Below are positions 7,784 through 15,536 of a DNA stretch of 31,533 nucleotides, one piece after another. This DNA comes from Deinococcaceae bacterium (lineage in GTDB: Bacteria > Deinococcota > Deinococci > Deinococcales > Trueperaceae): positions 2,950 to 34,482 of the forward strand of contig JBDZWC010000015.1 of NCBI GenBank assembly GCA_040256005.1, in the 5' to 3' direction. The position numbers and the translations under genes are program-made. A model generated the notes under the pieces. That model had not been told where the DNA came from, searched no databases, and worked only from the letters and a program-made list of their open reading frames with translations. How positions within the stretch are numbered: the stretch's first letter is position 1; each line of letters starts with the position of its first letter.

Positions 7784-9508
7784 TCACCAGTCGACGGCGG
7801 AGAACGACTGGCCGCGAACGACCTGGCCGTCCACGACGCTGTAACCGACCGTGCTGCCGAACCGCTCGGTGACGAACTCCATGAACTCGGCCAGCGCGCT
7901 GGTGGCAGCCTCGACGGCGTCGAAGTCGATGTCGCCGCCCATCATGCCGCTCATCATGCCGAACTGGTCCACGAGCGTCTCGCTCGTGAACCCCAGGATC
8001 GCCTGGTCGTCCGACAGCGAGAACGAACGCACGCCTGACGGCACTCGCTGCGCGAGCGGGGACAGGGCGTTCGAGAGCCCAGCGTTGCCAGCCCGGGCCG
8101 CCAGCACGGCGTCCATCGCCTCCGGCGTCGTGGCGAAGAGGGCGTAACCGCCGGTCACAGCGGTGCTGAGGGTGAAGCCTTCCGCGAGGCTCCAATCGGT
8201 GACAGTCACGCCGCTCGCCTCCCGCTGGGCCGGTGCGGTAGGCGTGCCCTGCCCGGTGGGGTCCATGAACGAACTGGCGAAGCCGGTGACGAGCGTGAAG
8301 AACTGGGTGAGGCCGGCCTCGGCCGCCGCCGGGTCATCGGTCTCGATGAGGTACACGGAGTCGCCGAGTGGGTTCTCGAGCTGGGTCGGCATGGCCGACG
8401 TCGAGCCGTAGCCCAGCGTCACCGTGGCGAACTCGTCTCCCATCCAGTCGAAGAGGGTGGCGGCGGGGTCGAGGCCCAGCGACATCTCCACCATATCGTC
8501 GAGGTCGTCTATACCGATCTGGGGCTCGGAGGCGATCACGTCGCCCAGCCACTGCCACCACGTGCCGATGTCGGTCGACACGGCCGACACGCCCAGTGCC
8601 GTGGGTGGGGTGAACGAGAGCACCGTGTCGCTGACCGGGGCCGAACTGGCGAGGGCGTCGAACAGGAGGGGGTCCGCCGAGCGGTCGCCCAGCACCCTGG
8701 TCGACTCGCTCGCGATGCCGTCGTCCTGGATACGGGTCACTACCCCGTACACGCCGGCCGTGCCGGCCGCCGCGGTGAGGCGGGAGACGAGCGCGTCGAA
8801 GCCCATGCCGGCGGCGAAGGGCGCGGCCACACCCGAGGCGGCCGGCAGGTCCAGGTAGAAGTAGCTGTTGCCGGGCCGGAGCGTGCTGACCGTGGCCTGG
8901 TAGCCGCTGTTCGTCGCCAGGCTGGCCTCGTTCGCACCCTGGTAGCGGCGCAGGACGCTACGGGCGACGTCGGGGTTGCTCGAGGCCACCACGACGTCAT
9001 CGACGGTGGCGTAGGCGACCGCGGGCAGGAAGGCGTCGTCGCCTTCGAGGGTCACCACCGTGATCTCGACGTTGCCCTCGGTCACGGTCGTCACCGACCC
9101 CTCCGAGGAGAGGGAATCGAGCATGCCCGTGAGGGCGGCCATGCCGTCAGGGGTCACCCGCGCCATGAGCGTGACGGCAGGCAACGGATTGAACGAGCTG
9201 GCGGACAGGACGAGCCACGCCTCGCGGCCCAGCAGGTCGAGGATGCCGACGTCCAGGTCCAGCTCCGGCATGTCGGGAAGCTCTTCCTCGGCCTCCTCGG
9301 CGAACGCCGTCTCCATCAGTTGGGTGAGGTTCAGGCGGGCCCACTCGTCGATGAACGGTCGCGCCTTGTCCTCGTGGTCAGCCAGGCCCTCGACGCCCAC
9401 GGCGACGATGGCCTCGGACGGGAGGAAGGCAGGCAGGTCGGCGGCGAACGCGCCGGCCGCGAACGTGGCGACCAGCGTCAGTGCTACGGCTCTGAGGGTA
9501 GTTCTCAT
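7784..9508 (-). CDS. secreted acidic protein, DUF3352-like with two internal repeats
   Basis: ATG 9508 follows CAGGAGG. Signal peptide MRTTLRAVALTLVATFAAGAFA, 574 aa, duplicated motifs. The family call is from resemblance only. Confidence 0.7.
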   Translation of the reverse strand: MRTTLRAVALTLVATFAAGAFAADLPAFLPSEAIVAVGVEGLADHEDKARPFIDEWARLNLTQLMETAFAEEAEEELPDMPELDLDVGILDLLGREAWLVLSASSFNPLPAVTLMARVTPDGMAALTGMLDSLSSEGSVTTVTEGNVEITVVTLEGDDAFLPAVAYATVDDVVVASSNPDVARSVLRRYQGANEASLATNSGYQATVSTLRPGNSYFYLDLPAASGVAAPFAAGMGFDALVSRLTAAAGTAGVYGVVTRIQDDGIASESTRVLGDRSADPLLFDALASSAPVSDTVLSFTPPTALGVSAVSTDIGTWWQWLGDVIASEPQIGIDDLDDMVEMSLGLDPAATLFDWMGDEFATVTLGYGSTSAMPTQLENPLGDSVYLIETDDPAAAEAGLTQFFTLVTGFASSFMDPTGQGTPTAPAQREASGVTVTDWSLAEGFTLSTAVTGGYALFATTPEAMDAVLAARAGNAGLSNALSPLAQRVPSGVRSFSLSDDQAILGFTSETLVDQFGMMSGMMGGDIDFDAVEAATSALAEFMEFVTERFGSTVGYSVVDGQVVRGQSFSAVDW

Positions 9509-9548
9509 CAGACCTCCTGGGAGAAAGGGATGTGAAGCCAAGCGAGTC

Positions 9549-9554
9549 ATCATA
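9549..9554 (-). promoter_or_regulatory. -10 box (TATGAT) overlapping the tkt stop codon, for the downstream secreted-protein gene
   Basis: TATGAT lies about 40 nt upstream of ATG 9508. Confidence 0.45.
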
Positions 9555-11559
9555 GTCCGGCGAGAGCCCTCCTGGCTGAGGCGAGCACGGCCTCGGCCGT
9601 GAAGCCCAGCTCGCGCATGACGACGTCGCCCGGGGCTGAAGCGCCGAAACGGTCTAGACCGATGATCACACCCCGGTCGCCGGCGTACCGCTCCCAGCCC
9701 AAGGTCGCGCCGGCCTCCACGGTGACCCGCGCGGTCACCGCCGGGGGCAGCACCGACTCTCGGTAGGCGACGTCCTGCGCCTCGAACAGCTCGAACGACG
9801 GCAGGCTGACGACGCGCGTGCGCGTGCCCTCGGCCTCCAGCCTCGCGCGCGCCTCCAGGCAGAGCGCGACCTCGGACCCGGTCCCGATGAGGATGAGGTC
9901 GGGGTCGCCCGCGCCGGTCGCCTCGGCGATCACGTAGCCGCCCTGGGCGACGGCACCCTCGGGCACGCTGAGGTTGACCACGTTCTGCCGCGTCAGGGCC
10001 AGGACGGTGGGGCCGTCGCGGCGCTCCGCCGCCAGTCGCCACGCCTGGGCGGTCTCGTTGCCGTCCGCCGGCCGGATCACCACGACGTTCGGGACGGCGC
10101 GCAGCGCCATGAGGTGCTCGACCGGCTGGTGGGTGGGGCCGTCGCCGCCCAGGCCTATCGAGTCGTGCGTCAGCACGTAGACGACGCCCTGGTTCATCAG
10201 CGCCGCCAGTCTGAGGGCCGGTTTGAGGTAGTCGGAGAAGACCAGGAAGGTCGCCACGAACGGGCTCAGGCCATGTAGGGACAGGCCGTTGGCGATGGCG
10301 GCCATGCCGTGCTCACGCACGCCGAAGTGGATGATCCTGCCGCCGAAGTCACCGGGCAGCATGGGCTTCTCGCCCTCGAGGTCGGTGTAGTTCGAGCCGG
10401 CCAGGTCAGCGGAGCCGCCCACCATGCCGGGCACGACCGCCGCCACGGCGTTGAGCGCCGCGGCCGAGGCCTTGCGGGTAGCCACCTTGCCGCCCGGCTC
10501 GAACGTGGGCAGGTCCAATCCCGACAGCTCGGGCGCCGCGCGGTCGAACATGGCCGTCAGCTCCGCGGCCTCGCGCGGGTACTCACGGCCATAGGCGGCG
10601 AACAGCGCTTCCCACTTCTCCCGCGCCTCGGCCCCCCGCTCGCCCACGGCGCGCGTGCGCGCCAGGACGTCGTCCGGCACGGTGAACTCGGGCCAGTCGA
10701 TGCCGAGGTTCGCCTTCGTGGCAGCAGCTTCCTCCGCCCCCAGAGGCGAGCCGTGGACCTTAGAGGTCCCGGCCAATTGTGGAGCACCGAAGCCGATGAC
10801 GGTCCGCACGGCGATCAGGCTCGGGCGTGCGGTCTCCGCCTCGGCGGCGTGTACGGCGCGCCTGATCGCAGCGACGTCTTCACCGTCCGCCACGCGCTGG
10901 ACGTGCCAGCCGTAGGCCGCGTAGCGGGCGAGAACGTCCTCGCTGAACGTGATCTCGGTCTTGCCGTCGATGGAGATCCCGTTGTCGTCGTAGAGGACGA
11001 TCAGCTTGCCGAGGCCCAGGTGCCCTGCGAACGACGATGCCTCGCCGCTCACGCCCTCCATGAGGTCACCGTCCGAGGCGATGACGTACGTGCGGTGGTC
11101 TATGACCTCGAAGCCGGGCCGGTTGTAGCGCGCGGCCAGGTGCGCCTCGGCGAGGGCCATGCCGACGGCGCTAGAGATGCCCTGGCCGAGCGGCCCCGTG
11201 GTCGTCTCTACGCCCACCGTATGGCCGTACTCCGGATGCCCTGGTGTGCGGCTGTCCCACTGTCGGTAGCGCTTCAGCTCCTCCATGGGCAGGTCGTAGC
11301 CCGTGAGGTAGAGCAGCGAGTACTGCAGCATCGAGCCGTGCCCGGCGGACTGGACGTAGCGGTCGCGGTTCGGCCACCGCGGCTGCGCCGGGTCGTGGCG
11401 CATGGCGTCGACGTAGAGGACGTAGCCCATGGGGGCCGAGCCCATCGGCATGCCGGGGTGACCGTCGCCGGCTGCCTGCGTGGCGTCGATCGTGAGCGCG
11501 CGTACGGCGTTGATGGCCCTGGTGGTGACGGTGTCGCGAGCGGCGTGCGTGTCGGACAT
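9550..11559 (-). CDS. tkt: transketolase
   Basis: [39 protein letters not shown] motif [16 protein letters not shown] and DGPTHQPVE. Confidence 0.97.
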   Translation of the reverse strand: MSDTHAARDTVTTRAINAVRALTIDATQAAGDGHPGMPMGSAPMGYVLYVDAMRHDPAQPRWPNRDRYVQSAGHGSMLQYSLLYLTGYDLPMEELKRYRQWDSRTPGHPEYGHTVGVETTTGPLGQGISSAVGMALAEAHLAARYNRPGFEVIDHRTYVIASDGDLMEGVSGEASSFAGHLGLGKLIVLYDDNGISIDGKTEITFSEDVLARYAAYGWHVQRVADGEDVAAIRRAVHAAEAETARPSLIAVRTVIGFGAPQLAGTSKVHGSPLGAEEAAATKANLGIDWPEFTVPDDVLARTRAVGERGAEAREKWEALFAAYGREYPREAAELTAMFDRAAPELSGLDLPTFEPGGKVATRKASAAALNAVAAVVPGMVGGSADLAGSNYTDLEGEKPMLPGDFGGRIIHFGVREHGMAAIANGLSLHGLSPFVATFLVFSDYLKPALRLAALMNQGVVYVLTHDSIGLGGDGPTHQPVEHLMALRAVPNVVVIRPADGNETAQAWRLAAERRDGPTVLALTRQNVVNLSVPEGAVAQGGYVIAEATGAGDPDLILIGTGSEVALCLEARARLEAEGTRTRVVSLPSFELFEAQDVAYRESVLPPAVTARVTVEAGATLGWERYAGDRGVIIGLDRFGASAPGDVVMRELGFTAEAVLASARRALAGL

Positions 11560-11605
11560 GCTCCCTCCGGCACGCGTCAGGGAGTGCCCCGTCGCGGCCC
11601 TGGCA

Positions 11606-11614
11606 AGGATAACA
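11606..11614 (-). promoter_or_regulatory. extended -10 (TGTTATCCT) for tkt
   Basis: TGn-TATCCT about 46 nt upstream of the ATG, followed by a GGAGGG RBS. Confidence 0.55.
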
Positions 11615-11671
11615 GGCTCTCCGTGAGGTTCTCAGAGCGCTGGTCAGGGACGGCGCAGAGGACCGGACCGC

Positions 11672-11707
11672 CGAGGGGCGGGCGCTAGGTGTCGCGCCCG
11701 CCCCTCG
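11672..11707 (-). terminator. perfect 14-bp GC hairpin after the VWA gene
   Basis: CGAGGGGCGGGCGC-8 nt-GCGCCCGCCCCTCG, 32 nt past the stop codon, no U-tract. Confidence 0.6.
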
Positions 11708-11739
11708 CTGAGGGTCCGTGCCGTCCGGCCTGGCCGTCT

Positions 11740-13983
11740 CTACCGCACGGTGACGGACACGCTGGCCAGCGTGTGGCTGCTGCGACCGGCCACGTACCTG
11801 ACCTCGTAGTTCCCTGGTTCGTCGGGGGCCGTGAGCGTGACCGCGGCGCCGTCCCGCGCGTAGGCGTAGCCGAGGTAGGTGCCTTCCGCCGCCCCGGCCG
11901 GCACGATCGTGATGTAGTCGCTCGGGCCGCCCGGACCCTGCCACGTGACCTCGAAGCGCTCGCCGGCCGCCACCTCGGTGGGAGCCGTGAGAGATGCCGT
12001 CGCGGCCGTGACCGTGACAGAGGCGCTGGCCAGCGTCGCGTCGCTCTGGCCCGTCACGTAACGGACCTCGTAGTCGCCCACCTGCTCAGGGGCCTCGATC
12101 ATCACCGGCGAGCCGCTGGTGGCGTACTCGTAGTCCAGGTAGGTGCCTTCCGGCGAGCCGGCAGGAGCGACCGTGATGTAGTCGCCGCTGTTGCCGGGCC
12201 CGGTCCACGTCACCTCGAACTCGGCGCCTCCCATGACCTCGGCGGGCGCGCTCACCGACGCCGTGGTGGCGGTGACCGAGACGGGGGTAGAGGCCAGCGT
12301 CGACCCGGCCTGGGTGACGTACCTGACCTCGTAGTCCCCGGCCTGGTCGGGCGCCCTGATGGAGACTGGCGAGCCGCTGGTGGCGTACTCGTAGTCGAGG
12401 TAGGTGCCCTCCGGCGAGCCGGCCGGCACGATCGTGATGTAGTCGCCGTCGTTACCCGGACCGGTCCAGTCCACCTCGAGGTCGCTGCCGGCTCCCACTT
12501 CGGACGGCGCGCTCACGGTGGCCGTGGCCTCCGTGACCGTGATCGGGGCGGTGGCCAGGGTGCTGCCGCTCTGCCCGGTGACGTACCTGACCTCGTAGTC
12601 GCCCGGCTCCTCCGGCGCCCTGATGTTCGCGGGGCTGCCGTTGCTGGTGTACTCGTAGTCGCGGTACACGCCCTGGGAGGCGCCCGCGGGGACCACCGTG
12701 ACGTAGTCGCCCGTGTTGTCCGGGCCGGTCCAGGTGACGTCGAACTCACCGCCGGCGACCACCTCGCCTGGCGCGCTCACGGTGGCCGTGACGGGCTGCA
12801 CGTCCACGCTGGTGGAACCGATCTCCTTGGTGCCGCCCTCGGGCAGCTCCACGTGGTAGACGACCCGGTACGTGCCGGGCTCGTCTGCCATGCGCAGCTC
12901 CACCTCGCCGGCCGGTCCGGTCACGTACTCCCAGTCGAGCGCGACGTCGGCGCCCTCCGGCGACACCCACACCTGGCCGCGTCCCTCGGGCGCCCCCTCG
13001 AACGACACGGTCACGTCGGAGCCGGCCGGTGGCGTGGGGTTGGAGACCGAGAGGGTTACGGCCACCGGTGGGGCCAGCTCGAAGGTGAACTCGTTGACGC
13101 CCTCGGTGACCGTCAGGCCGGTGACGGTCGTCGGTTCCGCGCTGAACGCGTCCCGTACGACGGCCGAGTACGCCCCGGCCGGCAGCTGAGAGGTGAACAC
13201 GCCGGCGGGGCTCGCTGGGAAGGAGTAGGTCTGCTGGTCGACGGAGCCGACGAACTCCACGAGCCCGCCCTCGGTGGCGGGAGCACCCTCGCGCGTGAGC
13301 CTGACGGTGACCGTGTGGAGAACCTCGGCCGGAGCGACCTCGACGGCGCGGTTGAGGGCTGCCAGCAGCTCGGTAGCGCTGGTCGCGTTCTCGAACGTGC
13401 CGAGGCCCTCGAAAGCGGCGCGGGCGAAGTCGTCGAGGTCGATGCCGATGATGCGCAGGTCGACGTCGATGCCTTGTGACCTGAGGCGCTCGGCGACCTC
13501 CCGCAGGTCCGTGCGGCACGACTCGATGCCGTCGGTGATCAGGACGATCACCTTGCGACCCTCGGCCGGGAAGTCCTGTGCCGCCAGCTCCAGCGACAAC
13601 GCTATGGGCGTGGCGCCCTGGGCCTGCGTGTCGCGGACGGTCTGCAGCAGCGACCCGCGGTCGACGCCCTCCATGGGGACCAGCAGGTGCGTGTCCTCGC
13701 AGGCGTCCGGGTCGCTGGCCCAACGCTGAGCGCCGTAGACCCGCAGGCCTACGTTGAGGCCCTGGTCCTCCGGCAGGGCGGAGATCAGTTGGGTGAGTAC
13801 GTCCTTGGCCGCCACGATCCGGTAGCGGCCGTCCTCGAGCTTGTTGAACATGGAGCCCGAGGCGTCGAGGATCAGCTGGATGTACGTGGGCTGTCCACCC
13901 GCGGCGCCCTGACCGAGCGCCGACGGTGCGCTGAGGGAGGCGATGACCAGGAGAGGGAGCAGGAGTCTGGAAGGTCGGATCAT
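11740..13983 (-). CDS. secreted VWA-domain protein with tandem Ig-like repeats
   Basis: Signal peptide, intact MIDAS (DASGS...T in GATPIA...ITDG), then about 88-aa beta-rich repeats. Confidence 0.88.
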   Translation of the reverse strand: MIRPSRLLLPLLVIASLSAPSALGQGAAGGQPTYIQLILDASGSMFNKLEDGRYRIVAAKDVLTQLISALPEDQGLNVGLRVYGAQRWASDPDACEDTHLLVPMEGVDRGSLLQTVRDTQAQGATPIALSLELAAQDFPAEGRKVIVLITDGIESCRTDLREVAERLRSQGIDVDLRIIGIDLDDFARAAFEGLGTFENATSATELLAALNRAVEVAPAEVLHTVTVRLTREGAPATEGGLVEFVGSVDQQTYSFPASPAGVFTSQLPAGAYSAVVRDAFSAEPTTVTGLTVTEGVNEFTFELAPPVAVTLSVSNPTPPAGSDVTVSFEGAPEGRGQVWVSPEGADVALDWEYVTGPAGEVELRMADEPGTYRVVYHVELPEGGTKEIGSTSVDVQPVTATVSAPGEVVAGGEFDVTWTGPDNTGDYVTVVPAGASQGVYRDYEYTSNGSPANIRAPEEPGDYEVRYVTGQSGSTLATAPITVTEATATVSAPSEVGAGSDLEVDWTGPGNDGDYITIVPAGSPEGTYLDYEYATSGSPVSIRAPDQAGDYEVRYVTQAGSTLASTPVSVTATTASVSAPAEVMGGAEFEVTWTGPGNSGDYITVAPAGSPEGTYLDYEYATSGSPVMIEAPEQVGDYEVRYVTGQSDATLASASVTVTAATASLTAPTEVAAGERFEVTWQGPGGPSDYITIVPAGAAEGTYLGYAYARDGAAVTLTAPDEPGNYEVRYVAGRSSHTLASVSVTVR
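11743..12789 (-). repeat. four tandem 261-264 bp coding repeats (plus one diverged copy upstream)
   Basis: The A.V/LS/TAP.EV..G...VTW.GP...GDYIT.VPAG..EG.Y..Y.Y...GSP..I.AP...GDYEVRYV unit starts near 12789, 12525, 12264 and 12000. A 29-nt block is identical at 12107 and 12368. Confidence 0.9.
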
Positions 13984-14083
13984 GGGCCACCTCGCAGGCG
14001 GGACGCTCGGGCTCGATGGCCCTGCGCGCTCGTGCCAGAGGCGACTCTACGCCTTCGGTGTCGGCGCTGCCAGGCAGCCGTCG

Positions 14084-14578
14084 CTACGACGGCTGGTACG
14101 CGCGTCGCTGTCTCCGCCTGTCGATGTCCTCCCTGACCTTCTCACCGGTCGCCCAGTGACGCTTCTCGAGCTCCGTCTCCACGCGCAGCCTCGGCACCGG
14201 GGTGGGCTTGCCGTCCTCGGCCAGCGCCACGAAGTTCAGGTGGCCGATCGTGCACAGCCTTCGCTCGCCGGTCAGCGGGTTCTCGCCGTGGACCTCGCAT
14301 CTGACGATCATGCTGGTGCGGCCGGTCCAGGCGACGCGGCTCTTGACCTCCACGATCTCGCCGACGTGGATGGGAGCGCGGAAGTCGATGGGCTCGGTGG
14401 AAGCGGTCACGACGACCTTCCGGCAGAAGCGGGCGCAGGCGACGGCGGCGTTCACGTCCATCAGTTGCAGCAGCCGCCCGCCGAACACCGATCCGACGGG
14501 GTTGGTCTGGTTCGGGAAGATGGTGTCGACGGTGACGACCCAGTCGGACACCCGCGGTTCGTCGAGGGGTAGGTCCAC
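14084..14578 (-). CDS. acyl-CoA thioesterase (hotdog, YciA-like)
   Basis: IFPNQTNPVGSVFGG.LL.LMD, VVTAS, IDF.API.VG and GRTSM. GTG 14578 is 6 nt after TATACT. Confidence 0.92.
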   Translation of the reverse strand: MDLPLDEPRVSDWVVTVDTIFPNQTNPVGSVFGGRLLQLMDVNAAVACARFCRKVVVTASTEPIDFRAPIHVGEIVEVKSRVAWTGRTSMIVRCEVHGENPLTGERRLCTIGHLNFVALAEDGKPTPVPRLRVETELEKRHWATGEKVREDIDRRRQRRAYQPS

Positions 14579-14584
14579 GTAGGG

Positions 14585-14616
14585 AGTATAGGAAGAGCCG
14601 CCGAGACCGTTAACAT
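14585..14616. promoter_or_regulatory. back-to-back -10 boxes for the divergent thioesterase (TATACT, minus) and bioY (TAACAT, plus) genes
   Basis: TATACT is 6 nt from GTG 14578; TAACAT (14611-14616) is 7 nt from ATG 14624. Confidence 0.65.
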
Positions 14617-14623
14617 GCGCAGC

Positions 14624-15220
14624 ATGACGCAGAGAACCGCAGCTCTCCTCGACCACATCGCGCCCGTCCGCAGCGCTCCGGTGGTTTTCTCCGCGCTCAG
14701 GGCGGGGCTGTGCGTGGCCGCCGGCGTGCTGCTGCTCGCCGCGCTCTCGCAGCTGCGCGTGCCGATAGGGCCCGTGCCCTTCACGGGCCAGACGCTGGGC
14801 GTGCTGCTCGTGGGTGCCGCCTTCGGCGCGCCGCTCGGGCTGCTGACGGTGGCGGCCTACCTGCTCCTCGGCGCTGTAGGGCTGCCCGTGTTCGCAGGCG
14901 CCGAGTCCGGCGTCACCTACGCTCTGGGGCCCACCGGCGGGTACCTGCTCGGCTTCGCGCTGGCGGCCGCCGCGCTCGGCTACCTGGTGCGGCGCGGCTG
15001 GGACCGGAACGTGCTCACATGCGCCGCAGCGATGCTGCTGGCCAACGCGCTGGTCTACGTGCCAGGCCTCCTCTGGCTACGTACGAGCCTGGGCCTGTCC
15101 TGGCAAGCGACGCTCGCGGCGGGCCTCACCCCGTTCCTCCTCGGAGACCTGATCAAGCTCCTCATCGCCGCCGCCGCGTTGCCCGCTGCCTGGCGGGCGG
15201 TCGGCCGACAGCACGCCTAG
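14624..15220 (+). CDS. bioY: biotin transporter BioY
   Basis: PVPFTGQTLGVLLVG, YLLLGAVGLPVFAG, GPTGGYLLGF and PFL.GDLIK. An alternative start exists at 14615. Confidence 0.93.
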   Translation: MTQRTAALLDHIAPVRSAPVVFSALRAGLCVAAGVLLLAALSQLRVPIGPVPFTGQTLGVLLVGAAFGAPLGLLTVAAYLLLGAVGLPVFAGAESGVTYALGPTGGYLLGFALAAAALGYLVRRGWDRNVLTCAAAMLLANALVYVPGLLWLRTSLGLSWQATLAAGLTPFLLGDLIKLLIAAAALPAAWRAVGRQHA

Positions 15221-15241
15221 CTGAGCCGGAGCGGAAGCCAT

Positions 15242-15281
15242 ACGAGAACTCGCCCCGCGAGCGCTTGCGCTGCGGGGCGAG
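15242..15281 (-). terminator. intrinsic terminator hairpin (may also serve bioY)
   Basis: On the minus strand, CTCGCCCCGC-AGCGCAAGCGCTC-GCGGGGCGAG followed by TTCTCGT. Confidence 0.7.
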
Positions 15282-15416
15282 CCGGTGACCGCCTGGATTG
15301 AGGGGAAACTAGTTTCCGACCTCTAAAACAGGAGGTAGTCCTGAGTTACCCTCGACGGGCACCTCCACTGGTCGTACAGTCACTATTACTGATATGGACC
15401 ACCTCCTTTCCGTGGT
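15242..15416 (-). ncRNA. candidate structured small RNA with extended complementarity to the 16S rRNA 3' end
   Basis: Has its own -10 (TAGAAT), a 12-bp stem that needs a G-U pair on the minus strand (A-C mismatch on plus), internal hairpins and a terminator. About 51% GC over 15301-15430 versus about 70% in the flanks. Confidence 0.6.
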
Positions 15417-15422
15417 GACTGG

Positions 15423-15453
15423 ATTCTAACGCCACGGCGGTGGCCGCTGTCAT
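15423..15453 (-). promoter_or_regulatory. sigma70-type promoter of the candidate sRNA
   Basis: TAGAAT at 15428-15423 and ATGACA at 15453-15448 (19-nt spacer, longer than ideal). Confidence 0.55.
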
Positions 15454-15536
15454 GAACCGGGTCACAGTAGAGTTGGTCAACGCACGTCGAACGCCGTCCA
15501 GGTCGGCTAGGCGACGCCCTCAGGAGGGTTGGCACA

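Noticed and set aside
11743..12789. CRISPR array or DGR template/variable repeat
   Set aside because: The repeats are in-frame protein domains of about 264 bp with no spacers, differences are not adenine-specific, and no cas or reverse transcriptase gene is present.
11689..13479. Long antisense or alternate-frame ORFs (e.g. 11689-13479+, 15440-17422+, 18596-20047-, 29680-31434-, 29751-31475+)
   Set aside because: These are R/G/P-rich shadow ORFs expected at high GC, overlapping well-supported genes and showing no motifs.
14579..14623. BirA operator upstream of bioY
   Set aside because: No TGTAAAC-N-GTTTACA-type palindrome occurs in the 45-bp gap.
15395..15410. 16S rRNA gene fragment (TGGACCACCTCCTTTC on the plus strand)
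   Set aside because: Only the terminal 16 nt match. Helix 44/45 sequence is absent upstream, and the promoter, G-U pairing and terminator all point to the opposite strand.
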